A stretch of DNA of 64,000 bases from Patescibacteria group bacterium. Its GTDB lineage: Bacteria; Patescibacteriota; Minisyncoccia; UBA6257; GWB1-50-10. The translations under genes and the position numbers were made by a program. The notes beneath the pieces were generated by a model. That model did no database searches. It had not been told where the DNA came from and was given only the letters and a program-made list of their open reading frames with translations. This document shows, piece by piece, positions 58,765 to 64,000 of this stretch (position 1 is the stretch's first letter; each line of letters starts with the position of its first letter). The DNA lies in assembly GCA_040757555.1 (NCBI GenBank), contig JBFLWN010000005.1:8045-72044 (forward strand). The letters are read 5' to 3'.

Positions 58765-58918
58765 AGTTTTATTCTCCTTTTATTGTAAATATAACTATTC
58801 AATAGTATATACAACACTTCCTTTTTGTCGAATTACCCGTTTTTTTGATATTCCAAAGAAAAATTATACACAAACCGCAGATATAGTAATTTCGAATGAA
58901 ATCTTGTATAGTAAATCC

Positions 58919-59173
58919 ATGGCAAAAACCAATTCGGCGTTCATGAAGCCGATGAACGTCAGTGAAGAGTTAGCAGCGGTAGTCGGAAAGGGACCAATGC
59001 CACGGTCTGAGGTCGTCAAAAAGCTTTGGGTATACATCAAGGAGAAAGATCTCCAAGATCCAGCCAATAAGCGGAACATTAATGCCGACGAAAACTTAAA
59101 GAAAGTATTCGGTGGCAAAGCGGTAGTAAACATGTTCGAAATGACGAAACTCGTTTCAAAGCATCTTTCCTAA
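58919..59173 (+). CDS. SWIB/MDM2 domain protein
   Basis: S.ELAAVVG..PMPRSEVVKKLWVYIK..LQDP.NKR.I..D..L..VF. Confidence 0.93.
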   Translation: MAKTNSAFMKPMNVSEELAAVVGKGPMPRSEVVKKLWVYIKEKDLQDPANKRNINADENLKKVFGGKAVVNMFEMTKLVSKHLS

Positions 59174-59310
59174 GATCCGACGATGAGTAAAGAAATGGCG
59201 TCGATACTCTCGGCGCTATTTTTTTGCTCTTATGAATAATCTCCATTCAAATAATTGCTATATTGTGACTTTTTTGACATAATATGCATCGCTACGGAAC
59301 ATACACATCT

Positions 59311-60768
59311 ATGGCACATAATGAAGTTATATTAAGGTTTGACAAGGTATCCTTTGAATTCGGACACCACCACCCCATTTTGAATGAGGTTGATTTTGTA
59401 CTCCGCAATGGGTTGAAAATGACACTCATGGGACAAAATGGTGCAGGAAAGAGTACTATCTTTCAACTTATTACCGGCACTCTCCAGCCGGAATCCGGAT
59501 CGATCAGTATTGCCGATAAATTGAGTATTGCAACCGCGCGACAAGTAATTCCCCGCGGAGAAATGCATCTTACGGTGCGAGAATTTTTCGAAAAATGTTT
59601 TTCAAAAAAAATATACGATATTGATCCCCGTATCGACGAAGTGCTTGAAATCGTAAATCTCCAAGCACCCCACGATCGCACCGTGAAATCATTTTCAGGC
59701 GGACAACAGGCCAGACTCCTTCTTGCTTCCGCACTTATTCAGAAACCAGACATTCTCCTTCTTGACGAACCAACCAATAATCTCGACAAAGCAGGAATTG
59801 CACATCTCACCCAATTCCTTATCGATTACAAAAAAACCTGTGTGGTGATCTCACACGATGCCGATTTTTTGAATGCATTCACACAAGGGGTGCTCTATCT
59901 TGATGTCCATACCCGAAAAATTGAACAATACGTCGGAAATTATTCCGATGTGGTCGCACAAATTTCGTTGCGTATTGAAAAAGAAAACAGAAAAAATGCA
60001 CTCCTCGCAAAAGAGATTCAAGAGAACAAAGAAAAAGCAAACTTTTTTGCCCATAAGGGGGGACAAATGCGTTTAGTTGCAAAAAAAATGCGCGAAAAAG
60101 CGGAAGAAATGGAAGAAGCAATGGTGGATGTAAGAAAAGAAGATAAAACTATCCGACAATTTGTTATTCCTTCTCAACCCGAAATAACCGGAGAAATACT
60201 CCATATTTCTTCATACAGCGTATTCACTCATCACAAACCGGTAAATAAAAAGGTAAATATTTCCATTAAAAAAAATCAACACTTTCTATTACAGGGACCA
60301 AACGGCATCGGAAAAAGCACACTTCTTGAAGCGCTTACCCATAAGGAAAGAAAGGGTTCCACGATAGCAGAAGGAGTCCGTGTGGGATATTATCGACAAG
60401 ATTTTTCTACACTAAATTTTGACGATTCGGTATATCATGCCCTCTCATCGGTTGCCGATAAAATAACCGAAGAAGATATTCGTTCTACCGCTTCGGGATT
60501 TCTTATTAATGAACACGTGATGCGCGCAAAAATCGGAACCCTCTCAGAGGGACAAAAGGGATTAGTTGCATTCGCACAACTCGTATTGTTGCGTCCGGGA
60601 CTTCTTATCCTCGATGAACCTACCAATCACATGAATTTTCGTCATCTCCCAATAATTGCTGCCGCGCTCAATAAATACGACGGTGCAATGATTCTTGTGA
60701 GTCACGTACCCGAATTTATTAGTCAAATCCGTATTGATGAAATAATTGATCTAGAAAAAAACGCATAG
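59311..60768 (+). CDS. ABC-F family ATPase
   Basis: Two ABC domains (GQNGAGKS/FSGGQ/LDEPTN; GPNGIGKS/LSEGQ/LDEPTNH), no TM. Confidence 0.92.
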   Translation: MAHNEVILRFDKVSFEFGHHHPILNEVDFVLRNGLKMTLMGQNGAGKSTIFQLITGTLQPESGSISIADKLSIATARQVIPRGEMHLTVREFFEKCFSKKIYDIDPRIDEVLEIVNLQAPHDRTVKSFSGGQQARLLLASALIQKPDILLLDEPTNNLDKAGIAHLTQFLIDYKKTCVVISHDADFLNAFTQGVLYLDVHTRKIEQYVGNYSDVVAQISLRIEKENRKNALLAKEIQENKEKANFFAHKGGQMRLVAKKMREKAEEMEEAMVDVRKEDKTIRQFVIPSQPEITGEILHISSYSVFTHHKPVNKKVNISIKKNQHFLLQGPNGIGKSTLLEALTHKERKGSTIAEGVRVGYYRQDFSTLNFDDSVYHALSSVADKITEEDIRSTASGFLINEHVMRAKIGTLSEGQKGLVAFAQLVLLRPGLLILDEPTNHMNFRHLPIIAAALNKYDGAMILVSHVPEFISQIRIDEIIDLEKNA

Positions 60769-60841
60769 CATTACGTAATATTGAAACAAAAAGCCGAGAT
60801 ATTATCTCGGCTTTTTGAGTAAATCTCGTTTTCAATGAGAT

Positions 60842-61054
60842 TTATTGTGTATCTTGAATAAGAGACACGTTTACTGCATTCGGTCCTTTCGGCGAATCGG
60901 CTTTTTCGAAAGATACTCGATCACCTTTTTTCAGCTCGTCAAAGGTAATTCCCTTGAGTTCATTGCTGTGAAAAAATAAATCTTTCTCTTCACCGTCAAC
61001 CGTGATGAATCCAAATCCCTTGTCAGTGACAAGATTCTTAATTGTTCCTTCCAT
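60842..61054 (-). CDS. Cold-shock protein
   Basis: KGFGFI, DLFFH, KGPNAVNV. Confidence 0.95.
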   Translation of the reverse strand: MEGTIKNLVTDKGFGFITVDGEEKDLFFHSNELKGITFDELKKGDRVSFEKADSPKGPNAVNVSLIQDTQ

Positions 61055-61195
61055 GTGTTAGGTTACTATAATTGTTATTTTAAGGTTTTGAGGTTTTATC
61101 CTAAAGTTTAGCTCCCTGAATAAACTCGACTAAATAAATATTAGGTAACTATCTTACCGTTGATAATATTAGCATCTAAAAATTAATTAGTCAAG

Positions 61196-61762
61196 TTACA
61201 ATAATTCTCCCAATAGTTCTTCAGTGCCAATATTTTTTTTAGCTGAATAAGGAATAATGAGGTGTGATCCAACGAGGTCTCTTATTTTTTTGAACTGTTT
61301 TTGATATTCGGATTTTTTTATCTTATCTATTTTATTTGCCACTACCACAATGTCTTTTTTATAATCCTCTAAGCTATGAAGCATATCCAGATCATCTTTC
61401 GTTGGGCCAATATTTGCGTCAATGATTATCACGACTTTTTTCTGATTATAGTGGGAAACAAAAAAATACCATTTAATCATTGCGGTAAGACTATTTCTTA
61501 TTTCACCCGGAACCTTTGCGTATCCATATCCCGGAAGATCGACAAAATATAGGGAATCATTTATCAAAAACAAATTTATCATCTGTGTGCGTCCGGGAAA
61601 AGAACTGGTGTTCGCCAAACCATCTTGATGTACAAGAGAGTTGATAACACTCGACTTCCCCACATTCGAACGACCAATAAATGCGACTTGAGGAATCCCA
61701 TTATCAAATATTCCATCACTCCCACGTACGCTTTTTATAAAACGAGCTGATGTTATTTTCAT
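61196..61762 (-). CDS. engB: Ribosome biogenesis GTPase YihA/EngB
   Basis: GRSNVGKSS, PGRTQ, DLPGYGYAK, NKIDK. Confidence 0.95.
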   Translation of the reverse strand: MKITSARFIKSVRGSDGIFDNGIPQVAFIGRSNVGKSSVINSLVHQDGLANTSSFPGRTQMINLFLINDSLYFVDLPGYGYAKVPGEIRNSLTAMIKWYFFVSHYNQKKVVIIIDANIGPTKDDLDMLHSLEDYKKDIVVVANKIDKIKKSEYQKQFKKIRDLVGSHLIIPYSAKKNIGTEELLGELL

Positions 61763-61820
61763 ATATACAATAATTGTATGTTTGATGAAAAACCGATCAT
61801 GATAATCGGTTTTTATATTT

Positions 61821-62444
61821 TTACTTCTTCGCTTTTTTACCTTTTTCGGATGATTTTTTATTTAGAACCTTCTTTGATTTTTCTTTTTCTTCAATCACCA
61901 CTTCTTTCTTTTCTTCTTTTCCTCGATTCGACAGAGCTAGGATGTTTATAATTCTATCAAGTTTTGAATTTAACATATCAAACTGTTCTTTGTATTGACT
62001 TGTGGCTTTCTCATTACCCCTCCCCATAGAACCCCCGCTTTTTTCAAAACAATCGCTACAATATACCGGTTTATCTCCCGTTGGCCTAAATGGAATCTGA
62101 CATCGTTTTTTACAGTTGGCACACATCGCTTCGAACATCGGCTTATCTCTGAACGATTGTTCTTTTCTCCCCCCAAAACTCGGTTTTCTGAAATTACCTC
62201 CCGTGGATCTTGTTCCCCCTCCATCGCTATCATGATTTCTAAAACAATCACTACAATATACAGGCCTGTCTCCCGTTGGTTTAAATGGCACTTCACATTC
62301 ATTATTACAATCGCTACACACTGCTTTATTCAATGTCTGCCTTCTTTCACCACCGCCAAACCCACGCCCACCAGAATCGCGTCTACCAAATCCCCTTCCT
62401 CCCCCTCTTCCATTTGATTTATTATCTCTCTTAAAAAATGCCAT
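61821..62444 (-). CDS. CxxC-x17-CxxC domain protein (two copies) with RGG-rich segments
   Basis: CSDC...VPFKPTGDRPVYCSDCF twice; start MAFFKR at 62444. Confidence 0.88.
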   Translation of the reverse strand: MAFFKRDNKSNGRGGGRGFGRRDSGGRGFGGGERRQTLNKAVCSDCNNECEVPFKPTGDRPVYCSDCFRNHDSDGGGTRSTGGNFRKPSFGGRKEQSFRDKPMFEAMCANCKKRCQIPFRPTGDKPVYCSDCFEKSGGSMGRGNEKATSQYKEQFDMLNSKLDRIINILALSNRGKEEKKEVVIEEKEKSKKVLNKKSSEKGKKAKK

Positions 62445-62530
62445 ATATAAATAGACTCTATTCCTTTTTGAAAGAAACAGCAAATTGTGCTGAAAATCAA
62501 ATCCGAAGATATCGTGATATAATTATATAT

Positions 62531-63061
62531 ATGAAAAAAACAACGTGGGGAATCATCATTATAGTTTTAATGATTTTCGTCGGAATATTTGTATTGAGAA
62601 CGTATAACACGCCACTCGTTCAAGTAGACTCAAGAAATAGCACTTATATCATAGAAAACAAACCAGTCACATTAATAAATGGATTTGCTGAAGAAGAAAT
62701 CACTCCTGGATCGGCGTCAAAAATTATTACCCGCTATTTCGGCAATGAAGCGTTGGGAGATTTAAATAATGATAATCAAGAAGATGCCGCCTTCTTACTT
62801 TCACAAGATGGAGGAGGAAGTGGAACTTTTTATTATGTCGCGGCTCTTTTATACAAAAAGGATGGAACCCAAGGAACAAACGCAATATTTTTAGGTGATC
62901 GTATTGCTCCACAAGCTACGGAAATACGAGAAGGAAAAATTATTGTGAATTATGCCGATAGAAAACCTGGGGAACCAATGTCTGCACAACCATCAGTTGG
63001 CGTGTCAAAATATTTTAAAATTGAGGGGGGTATATTGGTAGAATTAAAAGAAAAAAATTAG
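62531..63061 (+). CDS. Membrane-anchored hypothetical protein
   Basis: TM, GDLNND..EDAA, GGSGTFYY, LGDRI. Confidence 0.75.
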   Translation: MKKTTWGIIIIVLMIFVGIFVLRTYNTPLVQVDSRNSTYIIENKPVTLINGFAEEEITPGSASKIITRYFGNEALGDLNNDNQEDAAFLLSQDGGGSGTFYYVAALLYKKDGTQGTNAIFLGDRIAPQATEIREGKIIVNYADRKPGEPMSAQPSVGVSKYFKIEGGILVELKEKN

Positions 63062-63074
63062 TAGAATTAACTAC

Positions 63075-63377
63075 ATGAAAGGATTTATTATTTTTATTCG
63101 CGAACAAGGAGTCGTGGGTTTGGCAGTTGGGTTTATTCTCGGAGGGGCAGTTTCTAAAGTGGTTTCCGCACTGGTCACCGATATCGTGAATCCAATCATC
63201 GGCATTGCACTCGGCGCAGCTGAGGGATTAAAAACCGCCTCAATTTCGATTGGATCAACCCATATTCTCTATGGCGATCTCATTAGTGTTCTGATTGATT
63301 TTGTTATTGTCGCACTCGTCGTGTATTACGGAGTTAAAATACTCGGGATTGATAAGTGGGATAAGAAGAAAGAATAA
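63075..63377 (+). CDS. mscL: Large-conductance mechanosensitive channel
   Basis: VVGLAVGFILGGA..KVV.ALV.DIVNP, YG..I...IDFVIV. Confidence 0.9.
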   Translation: MKGFIIFIREQGVVGLAVGFILGGAVSKVVSALVTDIVNPIIGIALGAAEGLKTASISIGSTHILYGDLISVLIDFVIVALVVYYGVKILGIDKWDKKKE

Positions 63378-64000
63378 TGGAAATTATATTTTTTTCAGCG
63401 CTTCTTTTTTTATCGCTTTTTTTGGTTCTTAAAAGTGCGGATTTTGCTATCCGATACTCAACTCGACTTGCGGAGGGATTTCGTCTTCCAAGATATGTTG
63501 TTGGCTTTCTTGTTGTTGCGGTCATCTCAATCATGCCCGAAACATTTATTTCCATCACTTCGGCTATTGAAGGAACTCCCTCGTTGGGACTTGGAACGCT
63601 TTTTGGTTCAAACATCGCGGATCTCACTCTTGTCTTTGCATTCGTTATCTTTGTTTCCGGCCACCCCCTGAAAGTAGAGAGTAAATTAATAAAACACAGA
63701 TTTTCGTATATTTTCATCATGCTTATTCCGATCATTTTGGGCATGAATGGATATTATTCGAGAATTGAAGGACTTGCCCTCATCCTTATAGGACTACTCT
63801 TCTATATTTATATATTCAAAAGCAATCCAAAAAAAGAGGAGAAACAAAAAAAAGAATATTCTATAAAAACAATTTTTCTTCTTCTCCTGAGCATGGCGGT
63901 TCTTCTTTTGGGCGCGCACTTCACGGTCACTTTTGGTGTCGAGGTTGCGCATGAACTCTCATTAAGCCCTACCCTCATCGGACTCTTTATTATTGGGCTT
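63377..64000 (+). CDS. Na+/Ca2+ antiporter (CaCA/YrbG family), truncated at window end
   Basis: Read manually: MEIIFFS...ISIMPE..IS...G..SLGLGTLFGSNIADL. Confidence 0.88.
   Translation, partial: MEIIFFSALLFLSLFLVLKSADFAIRYSTRLAEGFRLPRYVVGFLVVAVISIMPETFISITSAIEGTPSLGLGTLFGSNIADLTLVFAFVIFVSGHPLKVESKLIKHRFSYIFIMLIPIILGMNGYYSRIEGLALILIGLLFYIYIFKSNPKKEEKQKKEYSIKTIFLLLLSMAVLLLGAHFTVTFGVEVAHELSLSPTLIGLFIIGL

Noticed and set aside
1-64000. Alternative genetic code (TGA read as Gly) and most short antisense ORFs in the track
   Set aside because: Long conserved genes are intact in code 11 and several end in TGA with ATGA coupling; the short opposite-strand ORFs are shadows of well-supported genes

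Overview
AT-rich bacterial DNA in the standard genetic code (TGA is used as a stop). The gene content suggests a small-genome CPR/Patescibacteria (Parcubacteria-like) organism: FKBP-less trigger factor, stand-alone SWIB and RRM proteins, type IV pilins and many orphan small ORFs; this assignment is inference. From left to right the window holds: (1) a type IV pilus/T2SS-like operon interleaved with two response regulators and two PAS histidine kinases (1-10829); (2) a histidine-centred cluster (10926-17033) with histidine ammonia-lyase, a CntK-like histidine racemase, a GNAT split by a -1 frameshift at A_AAA_AAC, a VanX-like dipeptidase, an AstE/AspA deacylase, hisS, and tRNA-His 7 nt after the hisS stop; (3) a NfeD-flotillin-carbonic anhydrase-like operon, housekeeping genes and orphans (17-42 kb); (4) a serine-recombinase element at the tRNA-Asn 3' end carrying a BcgI-like restriction-modification system, Xis, a Rep-like protein, HEPN, HD and retropepsin genes; (5) an array of five promoter-ORF-terminator units, each preceded by a conserved ~30-40 bp repeat (53.0-56.3 kb), with a structured tRNA-derived insert inside it; (6) housekeeping genes (SWIB, ABC-F, csp, engB, mscL, Na/Ca antiporter). 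The two strongest candidates for undescribed systems are the histidine cluster and the repeat-delimited cassette array. All product calls come from motif recognition by eye; no database searches were run.
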